Shown here piece by piece: positions 11,830 to 25,173 of a stretch of 64,000 bases of DNA. Positions within the stretch are counted from its first letter, which is position 1. Each line of letters starts with the position of its first letter. The translations under genes were made by a program, and so were the position numbers. Under the pieces are notes generated by a model, which saw only the letters and a program-made list of their open reading frames with translations, searched no databases and had not been told where the DNA came from. This DNA is from Azolla caroliniana (lineage: Eukaryota > Plantae > Polypodiophyta), in NCBI GenBank assembly GCA_043228905.1, contig JBHGNT010000088.1:30352-94351 (forward strand), in the 5' to 3' direction.

Positions 11830-13830
11830 TTCCCTCTATTGAAGGATTAAATTTAGGACGTCCTTATCATTAGAGGACTAAGTGAATCCTTAGAGCAAAC
11901 AGTGAAACCCCCGACCTCGATTGGAAATAGCCGGATTGATTGGACAAAGCCATAATCCGATTGCACCTTTCACACTCGATGTGCTCCAATATATACTCAG
12001 CAACAATAGCCAAAGAACTCACACGCCACAAAAAGGCTTGAGTCCTGACATCCAAACTCTACCGTCTTTGGCATCTTGACAACCTCCGAATGTTTCTAAT
12101 GTCATGTCACTTTTGATGCATGGTGTGGAAACATGGATTCTTGCCTACTACTCCACAATATATGCAAACTATGGAAAGAATATTGAATCTAATCAAGATC
12201 CTATTTTTGGGGCGGATGCACTATATATATAAATGTGTCATTTGAATGTAAGTGATCATCAAAATTTAGGATTATATAAGACCCAGCAGGAAAACTTCAC
12301 CCATGCATCCGAATCTGATAAATTTGTTATTTCGGAGATATTAATCATACTCAGGTCACATTTCGGCACCTTCGATAACCCACCTCCGACCTCCTTCTCC
12401 ATTAGTTCTCAAAATTTCCTCATTTCTACAGATTCCAATGAGCTAGAAACTTACAAAGAAGGTTTGGCATCTCCAAACTCTACAAAGTGGCAATCCAACT
12501 TGCAATCTGAGATGGCATCTATACACAAAAAATAGGATTGGGATTTAGTTCCTTTACCCCCCTTCTCGATAGACCATTCTACAAAAATGGTTCTTTCTGC
12601 TGAAGCATACAACAAATTCCAACACTCCCAAATACAAAGCCCAACTCATTGCCAAGGATTCTGAGAATAGGAAGGAGTTGATATCAACAAAATCGTATCT
12701 CTAGTGTTCAAAATAACAACCTTTACTTCCTACTCAGAGTCCTAGTTGTCAAACATTTGGAGCTATTTCAGATGGACACCAAGACAGTCTTCATACTTGT
12801 TGATCTTCAATAAGAAATTTACATGAAGCAACCTTAAGGATTCTTATAGAAAGCTAAGGAAGAGTTGGTTTGCCTACTAAAGAAAAGTTTGTATGGATTA
12901 AGACAGGCACCCTAACAATGGTATCAGAAGTTTGATAACTTCATCAAATCACCACGGCACAAAACGAGGGAGGAGGATCATTGCCTCTACTTCGGGACAC
13001 AATCCGACGGCATGTATGTATTCTTCATCCTCAACGTTGATGATGATACGTTGATTTCTAGAAGTAACAAGGCAACTATTTCTTATCTTTATCAAAAACT
13101 TTAGTCCAAATTTGTGATGAAGGACCTAGGTCCTGATTGACATATTCTCTAGGCATGAGGATCGCCCGCAATCAAACCACTCGACAACTTACATTGCCAT
13201 AATCCAACTACATTCATTAGATTTTGGCACGATTCAGACAAAGCAAAACCCGCAACAACTCCTCTTCCTCTCAATGTGAATATTTCCAAGGTTAATTGCC
13301 TAACTACAAAATCCGAAAAGTTCAAGATGCAATCAATACCTTAAACTTCTGTTGTCGGATCTCTCATGTCCGCAATGGCCGCAACTCGACCCCAACATAA
13401 CCCATGCAGTTGGTGTTGTCAATAGAATTATGTAGAATCTGGGCCGCACACACTGGGTAGTTGTCAAACAAATTTTCAAGTATCTCGTTGGCATAAAGGA
13501 TCTAGTACTTACATTTGGACTTTCGGACTTGTCTGGAACATCTGACCCTTATCTCACAGGCTTCACTGATATTGACTACATTAGGTGCGCCAACAGTCAG
13601 AAAAATTATCCACTTTCCGTCATATCTTTCGATATAATTGGGGAGTAGCTATTTCTTATAGATCCAAATTCCAATAATAATGCATTCCGACAGCTTCCAT
13701 GGAAGCTGAATATACATTATAGATCCAAAATCCAATACTAATGCATTCCGACATCTTCCATGGAAGCTGAATATACATGGTTGCTTCCAAAATCATGGAA
13801 AGAAGCAAATCTAGCTTGGAGGAGTCGCTC
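11830..13830 (+). mobile_element. Highly degenerate Ty1/Copia element (gag remnant, RT, RNase H)
   Basis: gag-like KAIIRLHLSHSM...ATIAKEL near 11950; RT motifs WQSNLQSEMASI..WDLVPLP, EIYMKQP, LKKSLYGLRQAP.QWY, MKDLG; RNase H-like GFTDIDY and SMEAEY; many stops. Confidence 0.82.
13657..13778. repeat. 61-bp tandem duplication inside the Copia RNase H remnant
   Basis: tatagatccaaa.tccaata.taatgcattccgaca.cttccatggaagctgaatatacat occurs at 13657 and 13718. Confidence 0.9.
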
Positions 13831-16082
13831 CAGAACTGGGAGAGACCAACTTGGACTCCATCCTGACCCGCCATAGTGACAGTTAGGGTTTCATCATAGT
13901 GACAGTTAGGCGGGGGGGTATGGGAAGTGTAATTATTAACATCTAGTTAGTTACTAGAAATCCGCGGTTATCTTTGATTCTATTGAAAAAAAATGAATCA
14001 TCTATAAATGTTTCATGATATGAATCATCTACAATTCGGTACCATTAGCGAAACAAGTGGACTGGAAAAACCATTAAATTATAATATATTAAAGTTCATT
14101 GGTGTTTGTTAATGTCATCTTCCATTAAACAAACATATTGCAAGGAGAAGAAGTATGACAATGACATGAGATATCAAACAATATTCCAAAGCATATACAA
14201 CTTGACATTAGTCATGACTCATTGTTCGATCATTTAATATCCAATGTTGACATTATGGTTTTATAGCTAATGAATATGCTAGCAAAGTCGTCTTTGTGCT
14301 TACTTTCGTATCAATAAAGTAAGGGCAATGATATTGTGTGGCCCACTTTTGTTGCCACGTTATGTACCCAAGGTTAAAGTTAATCAAGTCATTAAAAGAA
14401 GATGTGTGCGATTGTGACTTAAAGCTGAAATTGTATTGTAGAATTTTTTGATGTACAATTCCTTCTGCTATGTTATAAAAGTTGTACATGAAAATCTATT
14501 AACAATGTTTTAGGATTGGTCTCTTTAAGCAACATAATGTGTTTAGGGCTGGTCTGATCTCGTTAACAATATAATTACCTAGTAGGCATTGTTGATTAAT
14601 AGGATATATCATGTGAAAGGCTGGAGTAGTACCTTTTGCCCAAACTTTAATCCCTCAAGCCAAGTTCCATAGATGGTTAAGGTATGGACATATCATGAGC
14701 ACACCCCATACCATGCATAACCATGTTCAATTGTAGTTTATCACACATATAAAGGTGGGGCATTTATGAGATGAGAAGGAAGACAATAAAAAACCTTTAA
14801 TATGCATATGACATAAGATTGAAGGAAAGCGGTTACAAAGCTTTATATATATATTCACAAATAATTGGGTCTATTTCCAACACATAGACCATCCCAATTT
14901 TCATTGTTTATAAACCATATGTTTGTTGGCATAAAAGGCCGAGTCCTTCCACTTTGTATCCGTAGTGTGAACACATCCTCTATTTGGGGCTTGAGTATAT
15001 AAGCTCAAACCTAACTTGTGTAAGCAATTTCGAAGAAGTCAAATGGCTCTTTGAGAGTCAAGGCTCACTCAGGTAGTAGTTATATCCCAATTCACAAAGC
15101 CGAAAAAGCATTAACTCTCCATGAAAAGGAGATGATCCAGCCACACATTCCGGTACAGCTACCTTCACATTCTTGTTACAACTTCGGATACATCCTTGCC
15201 CTTTCACCTTGCCTTGTATTCATGGCAACATTGAGGGTTAAGATTTACAATCTAATATTACAACAGTGACATTTTAGAATCTATCCTTGATTATCACATA
15301 CTTCGTAGCATCACGTGTAGATAGATCCTTGACTCTCCATCTTTTAAACCAAGTTGGACATAAACCACAAGATCTCAAACAAATGGACACAATGTGATTG
15401 TAAACTACATAGGACTTGAAACCCTTGCAAGCCAACATCCACGTTTATCCACTGACTTCATGGGTGAACTACCACCTTATTATTGAACTTTGTGGATGTC
15501 TCTTTCCCATTCACTTGCACAATAGTCGACTTTGGCCTTGATGGATTGGTGACGATAAATTTCATTAATTTCAGCAAAGCTTGTATTTGCATTCAATGAG
15601 ATGAAACTCAAAGTATATCGCACAAGCTTGAAAAGAGATGTTCTCAATTAGTTTCACTAGGGCTCGAGAAAACATCTCAAATTTATCTATTTCTGTGAGG
15701 CTTTGCTTCAAATGAGCATCAAATTAATCTATTTATCTCAAATTAGTGATGGCACCCATGGTAGGGCTTTCTTCTTGATTGTAAGAAGTGCAAAGCATAT
15801 ATACTACAAATAAATGACTCTCGTAACAATATAGCAATAAGACTGATAATCACATATTATAAGGTGCTCAATTTGGAATGAGCATCAAGGTATAACTCTA
15901 TTATGGAGAGGATGCTACATTTCTTTTATCACAAAATGCACTTAAAGTGATCAATGAAGGTATATTGACAAATAACGATATGCTTGCTTTGTCAAGCATC
16001 GTATATGTACATGGTCTACCAAACAATTCATTCAGAGACCACTTCAAGATTTTTTTCCTTCTAAGCTTAAGCTTCCAAAACT

Positions 16083-19000
16083 TTATATCCTGCCCTTGAG
16101 CAATCTTCTGTTTTGTTGTTGCTTATCTCGGCAAATACAATCTGGGGTCGGATTAGCATAGAAATACTCCTCGAGTTTCGGAATCTCTCCAAATTCTCTA
16201 TCGTACGGACCTCCGATTTTGTATCGATGTACCTTCTTTACCTCTTCTTCAAATGTTTCCCATGACAACTCTCCCGAATCAAGATCATCAATCAAGGAAA
16301 TTAATTGTGCCCTGGAAGAGATAGCAAATAAGTTATTTTCTACGGCAACAAAGGCTAAAAACATGAATGCAACAAATCAATTGTGCCCTGGAAGAGATAG
16401 CAAATAAGTTATTTTCTGCAACAAAAATAGGCTAAAAATAGGCTAGGATTTTTAGATGCTTCCATGTGGATGGAAGCATGGTTTTGAGTAAGATAAAAAT
16501 GTTGTTTCCAAGACAATGTCATTGAGGTCATGGTGATGACAGTTGTTTCACGGTGTTGGAAGACATGAATATTTTGGAAATATACAAGATATATGTTTAA
16601 ATGCAGTTTCAAGGCTATTATAACTTCTTAATCTTCCTTTGAAACCCTTTGAATTTGTAGATGAGAAAAAAAGTGGCTGGAATCAAGTTGTCATTCCACA
16701 AACTCGTGATAGAATCACGAAAATTTCCATCCTCATATCACTGTTTATTACCTGTCTGGGCTGATGGTTTTACGGAAACCCTCAAATCGCCGTTGACCTT
16801 GAACGGCCTTCGCCATGTTGCCATCGTAAGTATACACAAACACATCACTCTCAAGAGCTACAATATGATCCAATGCTGCCATTTGGTTTTGATACTTAAG
16901 AAATGGCTCCAACTCCTCTTGTCTAGCCAGAGTAGAATGTGTAAACACATTTGGAAACTCTTTTGTCAAGGCTTCCATGCTTCCATTTCCATAGATTGCA
17001 CCTGCCGCAATGTAAATCCGGGTAGAAGAAGGGTATCCCATCCCTTTAAGAAGAAGTGATGTTTCACGAGGTGTCAATGGACACCCTCCTTCTTTGCGTC
17101 GCCCTTCACTGTCGATCTCCTTTTCCTTCCAGTGTTTCACATCATATCGCATTTTCTGTAGTTCCTCGACTTCATCTGGAGCTAACCCGTGTGTACATCC
17201 AGTGAAAGCAATCATGTCCTTCTCATATCTGTGACCATTAAATCCCAGAAAATATTAGACTCAAGGAATGAAGACCTTTGAGCTATGCTGATAGAGTCGT
17301 GGGTATGTGTGAGCAAGAGAATTAGAGGTATCCAACAAATGGGCATATCAATGTAATCATTATATTTCAATCAAGTTCAAAAACCCCAAAATACACTTTA
17401 ATTTTCAAAAACGAAAAGAGAACCCCTTTGTCATACACATGGAGTCCACATTAGACCCATGTCAAGGCAAGGCATAAAGCTCATTACGCCAACAAGGAAA
17501 ACATTATTGGTAGACATACTTGAGAACAATTCCATGGTATCAACTCTTTCTACAGTCACAATATCTTAAGCCTAAGAAAGTGATCACTGCGAGAAATGTT
17601 CCTGAATGAAATCACAGATTACAGTAATAAGGATATATATACCTGAGATGCAACGCAATATAATGCTTGTCTTGCTTCATTCTCTCAACTAAAGTTGCCC
17701 CTAGATTTAGAATAGAATCCCGATACTTGAGAGCTTTGTAGCAAGTCCGGCAACGAAGCTTCTGGATGTGATTCGGTAGGTCATTATTTGCCAATCTAGA
17801 GTCAGAATGTGTGAAATATAGAACCTTGTGTTTCTTAAGCAGGAGAAGAACTTCATCTTTGTAATAAGACGCCTGTATATGTTTAACAAACATATTAGGG
17901 TAGACTGGCTCCACAAAACATTTTAACCATGAAACGAGAATAGGAAACCAAGGACCATACCTTCGACCATGATACGGGTGCCTTAGAAATAGGCTCTACC
18001 TTCCTCAAAGATAGTGGAAGCTCCTCAACAATGTGGACATCTCTTTCCAATTCCTTCATAAAATGTTGCACATCATAAATGTCCTTGAACTCACTGCGAT
18101 GTGGAAATGTTTGCAATGTCAATCCATACCATGAAAACCCAATCCCTAAAAAGGATTAAGATGTGTGTGTGGATGTGGGTGTGTGTGCACGAGTGTGTAT
18201 ATAAGGGGGGTGAAGACCTAATAACATACCTCGGATCTGCCCAAAATGAGCTATGATCCAACGATGGTATCACAAGGGCAGCATTCATGATCCTTGCAAT
18301 AGCCACCATATCACAAATCTATATAAAGGACATGGGAGAGTCAAAAATCCCGATTCAGTGTGCCCAAAATGCATTGTCAGAAAAAATAAGAGGGCCTAAT
18401 AAAATTTACCCCATTGCGCATTTGATTCAAGCCACCATTGGCATTAACCATGATATACCCGTTTGGGGTAGGTTTCGGATCTACCATTGAAACATGTTGA
18501 AGTAATAAGATTTGAAGGCATTGTCACGGAGAAGTAGAGCTAACCACACTATCAATTACCTTTGTGGGTTTTGGATCGTTCAATACATTGCTGAAGACCT
18601 TCACTATCTGGCCTTCCCCAAAGTTCTCTCTCTCTCTCTTCTGTAGAAGAATCAATCTACATAAAAAAAAAAAGGGTAACAATGTTGCTCCAATTCTATT
18701 ATGCAATGTTGCATATCTTCTTCGGTAACATGAGTTTTGATTAGTAACACTACCTCCTGAGTTGATCTCATTAGGAGGAAAGAGCTAGCCCCATCCATAG
18801 ATGTGAACATGTTCCTCATAGCCCAAGTACCGTCATTATCAGTCCCAATCAAAACCTACAACATCAAGATGATGAAAGAATAAAGGTCATGCAGGTTAAT
18901 TAAGTATTGTAAGCACATATGTTAGTGAATGGCATTTACTCAGACTCAATCTGGATAGTTATGGTCACGATATAAACCCTAGGTTAACTACATTCAAACT

Positions 19001-19963
19001 AGGCTAGCCCCAATAGCCATTATTTAGACATTAGGTTTAGATAGCAATGATACAGATGCAGTTATATTATATTAACAAAGACCATGCTAGCAATCCTTGC
19101 TGCCGATTTAGTCCAAAACCCTCTATGAATTCGGCTAGTTCCAAATCCCTATATGGTACACAATCACAACAAAGAATGAGATTCTAGTTCATGGGTTAGT
19201 CAAAAACTCCATGATGAAAAGGTGCAAGGTAGCCATAGGGTAACAACATCCCATGGAATCTGACATCTGCTTTTTATGTGACTACTATAGCCTTAATTAT
19301 GCATATGATCACAACATAGACCATGCTAAAATTAGTAGCATGTGTTTCATCCAAAACATTATACGAGCACTGCTAGCTACAGAACACATCATATGATGAA
19401 TATGAACTCTAACGATTAGGGGTACAATCACAACAAAGGAACAATATGTTAGTCCAAAACACCATATGATGAGAAATTTCAGACAGAAACATGGTATATG
19501 ATCACATCTAAGAATGTCATCGAAGGTTCTTGATTAAGTAAAGCACCATATATGATGAGAAATGCAATCTGGCAAACAGCTTACATACCATGGAATCCAA
19601 AATACTCTTGGGTTCGGATGGCAATGTGAGCCACACGACAAACATCATTCTAAGGGCAAAGATGACAACGATGCCCAAAGCAAACATTGAGAAAATCACC
19701 GGCCGGGTACAATTCTGGAACCCACACAAAACAAACCAAGTCCTGCCAAAAATATTCTGGGTCAAAGATGCACTGTCATCTACAGTAGCCAATCTGGTAG
19801 TGTTGTCAGCATCAGGGGGTAAATCACTCTTTTCCATCCTTTTGTTCGAGAGAGACCTTCGGGTCGGGTGCCCTCTCCGGGGCGTGTGCAGAACCTCTAC
19901 CACATCTCTGCTTGCCATTGATCCATCTGTAGGAGGAGGAATTTTCAACCTCATAGACTCCAT
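16083..19963 (-). CDS. GT106 / O-fucosyltransferase family protein (FRIABLE1/RRT-like putative pectin glycosyltransferase), 9 exons
   Basis: Exons 19589-19963, 18754-18855, 18560-about 18640, 18410-18480, 18230-18318, 17961-18093, 17643-17872, 16752-17228, 16083-16311. Motifs [107 protein letters not shown]; N-terminal transmembrane anchor. The exon 2/3 junction phase is uncertain. Confidence 0.9.
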
Positions 19964-22900
19964 TGTTTTGCATAACCCTTCTTTTTGTCTCTGTTTTTCC
20001 CTCTTTGAACTCTGTTTTACGCTTATTTGACTCAATTTTGGCCTTTGTCTCTCTGTTTTCCTACTTCCTGTCTCTTATCTTGATGCATATTAGAGGCATT
20101 GATCAGAATCCACAAATCATATGACAAACCCAAGTAGAGAAATTAAAGGTCTGATCATTTTTAACTCTGATTTTGATGCATATAAGGTCAAATATTTATA
20201 TGTATATGAATTTAAAAGGGTAATGGTATCAGATGCCCAAATATGTATGTTATTATTAACCCTTGGTTGAGAAAACAGCAGTAAATTGAATGGTATGGTA
20301 GGCCAATATATTTCTGCTTATCCAAAAAGAAGAAACAGGTAAGAAATCAAATGCACAAATTGAAAAAATTGACCTGTTCACAATCCTATTCTTAGATATA
20401 GAAACAAGAGGCAAGAGTCAAAAGAGAATCCTAGAGAGAGAGAATGAAAGAAAGAAAGAAAGAAACATATATTAACGTCTTTTAAGAGGCCAAAATGGCC
20501 TATAAGAAAGACCAAACAAGAGATTACATCGCAAGTCTTGTCTGGTCTTTGAGAACAACAAATCAAAATAAATAAATATTTCTAAGTAAATAAGATAAAA
20601 GGAGATTAAAGACTCTGGTTTTCGGCACATATAAGAGAGAGATAGAGACCCAGTTCTGTGTCCTTGAATAAAGATCCTTTTTGTCCGGACATTCTTTGTC
20701 CCACATGCTCTTATTCCACGTGGCTTGTTTCTATAACGAACTAAGCCGGCCACTGCCAAGGAGTCTTCGAAAGCACAAGGGCGGCCATATGATCATGTCG
20801 AGAAGTATGGTCACCAATGCCCAATGCTCACTAGGATGATCCACATTGGATCCTTCAAACACCGAGACTACATTGTGTGTATGCTTGTTATCCACACACG
20901 TCCAAACCTTCTTCTTGTGCCAACATTCTTCAATTTGTTGTTGCTATTGTAAAGACATTTGCTTCGTAAAAGATACATCCACACATGGCGATCACATTGC
21001 TTTGCTTGTTTAGTGCAATCTTTTCAAAATTATGGACAACGTGCATTCAGATAATTTGAAGGGCTCCATGTCCATGGTGCTTGGTGTTCAAAATGGGAGG
21101 ACATTGGCAATCAAATATAGGTTGAGGATCAAAGGTATTGTTTGTGTTTTTTGGAAGTCTCCATCCAAGCATTTTCTTTCATTCTTTTGTAGGACCAATA
21201 TTTCATTTTAAGCCTAGAGCACAATTATGAAAATTATGTCCACATATTATTCAAAGGAATAGTTCTATTTAGTCCATCTCTAAAACATAGAATCAAAAGT
21301 ATTTTAGAATGCAAAGCATGGCTTTCATTGTTTGGGTGATGCAAAACACAATTGCGTGTGCATAACGCACAACTAAACACTATGGATCAAAACTAGTAAA
21401 TCTGGATAGATGACTAGTAGCAACATGCCTAAGGACAAATGATGTAGCTAAGATCAAGTTGAGTTTTCAATTATTCTTATTAGTATTGACTCTTTATCAT
21501 CTATCATTTGCATTTACATTTGTTATATATAATGTTTTGGGCATCTCCCGTCTCAGTGAATAGTATGGGACTTGGGTGATGCATGGGTATGTCATCTCAT
21601 GGGGCTCGTATATTGCATTGTCATATCCAAACATTGTCATATATTTTTAATATTGTTTCCTATTTTGCTTGACCTAAAGAGCCATATTGTGTTTGTACAT
21701 TGTCTTATATGCTTCATGAATGGCTTGAAATCACTATCAATGACATCATGATGTCTAAATCCAAGTTGTCCCCATCAAGACCGCAAATTGTAACTTATTA
21801 GTCTTAATTCTTACACAACATATTGATATAATGCTATTTATCATAATATTTAATAAAAATAGACCTATAGCAACTTTACATGACTAGATTTAAAAATGCA
21901 AATCATATGTTTGAATTACGACTCAACTTGGTCATCATATTGGAGGCAAATGTGCTCTAGATGCCACATGTAAGAGTACTTTATACCCAACTTTTGGAGC
22001 TTCCTCTATCCAGCTTTCTCTACAACAAGGAACATACCCATTCAACTCTCCACCTTCCAACATATGAATAAAACCTTTAGAGCAATGAAATTGTTGGGAA
22101 TTTTGTCATAAGAATCTACGCTTGTGTTTTATGTTCAACATTCATCATCAAGAGCAACGAGCATTTGTGTGACACATTGATCCATGAGGATATGAACCAT
22201 GTTTCCCGTATGAATGGAAACATTCTTTGCATTAAACCAATCCATGAATACAAGTTTGTACTTCTGCAACATATTTCCTTCAAATAATATATAGAAACTT
22301 CTACAAATTTCCTCAATGCATGCTAATGATGCTTCCTTCACAAAGAAACCATCACCAATCCAGTTGTAGTCAATGTCATAGAGCCTTCAACCTTGATCAA
22401 ATGTGATTTTGAAATAATAATTCAAAATGTCACAAGTTGTGAAGTTGTTAATTTTTATAACAATGTACATGGTGTATGGCTCATATTTTTAGACTTATCT
22501 CATAAATACGATAAATGCAGTGAAAAAAAAATCCAATCACTAAATTTAAGCATGAAAAATCAGGCCCAACTCCATGAAAGTCAAACTCTGCTTCCTATAT
22601 CATGACACAACTTACTCTTTCAAGTTGGTGACTCTTTGATGATTCTTCCATTAATCTCAGATTTGATGGCACAACCCTGGAAGGTTACCTTATAGTTTAC
22701 ATTGCTACAGGAGTATGAATTCTGATATAATACTGCTATAAATGCTCAGCATATATTCATGCCTCAGGCAACTGCAATCCGCTTCAGAACTATTTACAAT
22801 ATTTATACATGCAGTGCATATATTGCAAAGCATGAATATGTTTTACGATCACAACATTGAAAAAAAATTGACAATTTCATATCATGTCTCACATTCATCT

Positions 22901-23224
22901 GATGCAAGGCACACTAACAATCACAATAGTAGAGAATGTATTGAACATTGCTTTGATTATGCCTCTTTAATAGTCGAACAAACAAAAGAAAAGTCTAAAG
23001 AATGAGCAAACAAAACAAAATTGGCTACGACCTCAATGCAAGATGCTACAAATAATGAACACTTCTTAATTTTGTTGGAAACTTCATTGCTGACTCAATC
23101 GACACAACAACAAAAAAACTAAGTCGCAAGCAATACAATAAATCCACTTGCATTGTATGTGTGAGTTTTAGTAAAATTTTGACCAGTGCTTCAACATTGC
23201 ACATAAAAACTAATGCAATTCTAT

Positions 23225-24307
23225 TTACCGCCATCGATTGGGCCAATAGCCATGGACACGATATCCAGTTTTCCAATTATCCAGGTATATGACTCTCTGG
23301 ACGGCAAGGAAGCCAACCATCATGCATATCAACATGAAGACACGCTGCGTTGTGGTGTTCTTGATCATTACAAGGAAATGAGTAACGAAACCCATCATCA
23401 ATCCAAGCACCATATAAAGGGAGCCAACAACAAAGCCTTCAGCACCCAGTTGAGTACCGGATGCCTGGTAAAAGAACACGAGCTTTCCTGGATTGTTCCT
23501 ATCGGCCATGAAGAGTGGCATACCCCTAATGATGTTGTGCATGCCACCAGAGACACTGTAAAAGTACACAAAGAGTGCAAAAGCAGCCCAAACTTTAGGG
23601 TTATGGGCAGGCGTGTTACCCGCCAAAAGTTGTTTGATGGCAAAAGGAGTCACTGCAAGGAGGCCGGCTATGAGGAGAAAGAGTTGCTTTTTATTGATGG
23701 GGGGAGGCCTTTTAATGGGACCAACTTTGATCTTTGTTCGAGATTCAACAAAGGCAGCCATACCTTCGGCGGCACGGGCAATGTCACTTTGATCCATGGG
23801 ATCGGCATCTTTTAGTGCGACACCGGGCAAAAGTACAGATATCCGTGGCAAAGAAGAGACTCCGAAAAGGGCGAAGCTTTGTTGGGATTGTTTAAATTCG
23901 AGATCTACAAAGAAGAGTTTAGAGGAGCTGGTGGAGGTACCTTCTTCTGCATTGCTGTTGTGGATATAGGACGATGAGAGGAGTCCAAATTCGCGTCGGA
24001 GGTGTTCCAGTTTTAGTTCCGAGTTCTCTCTGAGTTGGGCCGCATCGAAGAAGATGACTAATGCGAAGCCGCGACGATTCGTATTCTCTTCCACTACGAA
24101 TTCCCGGACGCTCGAGTCATCGAACCGGATCACTCCATCGGGGGATCTGGCCTGTCGTTTTAGAAGCTCTGACACCTTGTCTCTGTTCTTGGAATTGTTA
24201 CAGAGAACTGGATCCATACACAGAGAGGAGAAGAGGAAGACAGAGACATAGAGAAGAAGACGAAGGAGGAGGGAGGAACAAGGTCCCACTTCTGTGCTCC
24301 TCGCCAT
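23225..24307 (-). CDS. OST3: Oligosaccharyltransferase subunit OST3/OST6, 360 aa, intronless
   Basis: Signal peptide, lumenal region, then hydrophobic helices with VYFYSVSGGMHNIIRGMPLF, FFYQASGTQLGAEGFVVG.LY and the plant-typical end LDNWKTGY.VHGYWP..WR. Confidence 0.95.
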   Translation of the reverse strand: MARSTEVGPCSSLLLRLLLYVSVFLFSSLCMDPVLCNNSKNRDKVSELLKRQARSPDGVIRFDDSSVREFVVEENTNRRGFALVIFFDAAQLRENSELKLEHLRREFGLLSSSYIHNSNAEEGTSTSSSKLFFVDLEFKQSQQSFALFGVSSLPRISVLLPGVALKDADPMDQSDIARAAEGMAAFVESRTKIKVGPIKRPPPINKKQLFLLIAGLLAVTPFAIKQLLAGNTPAHNPKVWAAFALFVYFYSVSGGMHNIIRGMPLFMADRNNPGKLVFFYQASGTQLGAEGFVVGSLYMVLGLMMGFVTHFLVMIKNTTTQRVFMLICMMVGFLAVQRVIYLDNWKTGYRVHGYWPNRWR

Positions 24308-24552
24308 AGCCCGATCTGAATGGAAACAGAGGAGAAGAAGAAGAAGAAGAAGAAGAAGGGGAGAGTTGGATTTCTTTACATGATAATATATAACCTACTT
24401 ATTATGTATTACTGTTTACACATTATTTTTCTTTACAAAAAAATTTTGTGTGTAAATACATAATAGAAGTAATAGTAATACATATGATACATACATACTT
24501 ACAAGTTACATACATAGTTTTATCTTAGTAACAAGAAGAATAGATAAGTTTA

Positions 24553-24583
<31 letters not shown>

Positions 24584-25079
24584 TGACATGTTCACTTCTC
24601 AAAGTGCCTTGTATCATCGTTACTAACCCATGGGTCTTGGCAAGTCCATCGAACCGAAAAATTTTCCATCTTTGTTGCAACGCATTGCAGCAAAGCACCT
24701 AAGTGTAGAACATGGTATAGCCTTCACACACTCGCACCTTTGCACATCGTGTTTGGAAATTCGTCCACACCAAGTTCGTTCGGTACCTACAACGTGTTGA
24801 GTGGCTGATGGTGAACAAGTTGTTGTAGTTTAAGGTCAACTATGTAGTCTATTGCTCAATTGTTGTTCTTCTCCATTTTGACAACGATAGTTGGACCATA
24901 GGTGTCCCTTCTAAAGTTGGATTGCAGGTAAACTCAATCCTCACCCTTCATCTTTACAATTAAGGTTAAAATTATGGTCATAACATGTGAAAATCGTTTA
25001 ATTGGATGCCATCCCTTTGTTCGTGAGGAATGCAATTGATAACATAGGTCTACGTTACCAATTTCCAAAATTCAAATAT

Positions 25080-25173
25080 GACCAAGTTGATTGAGATCTA
25101 ACACTTTCGTTGAGCATCACAAACCCAACGATTGGCATGCCTCCATATAACAATGCATGAAGAGAATCGAAAC
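25080..25173 (-). pseudogene. Degenerate fragment of an AVT1 third exon
   Basis: Reads ALLYGGMPIVGFVMLNESVRSQST versus TLLYGGMAVVGYLIFGETAKSQIT in AVT1 exon 3; it retains a similar acceptor (ctag|GTTTCGATT versus ctag|GTTTTGATT). Confidence 0.7.

Noticed and set aside
14550-15600. Coding-like decayed sequence here and at about 4900-5500 and 20700-22400
   Set aside because: No diagnostic motif could be read in the frames I tried; probably old TE debris and needs BLASTX to classify.
23213-23815. 200-aa antisense ORF over OST3 and similar antisense ORFs over AVT1, GT106 and the dioxygenases
   Set aside because: Shadow frames of real coding exons with no recognisable motifs.
23225-24307. Absence of a CxxC motif in OST3/6
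   Set aside because: Plant OST3/6 proteins are known to lack the CxxC found in yeast and animal homologues, so this is not novel.
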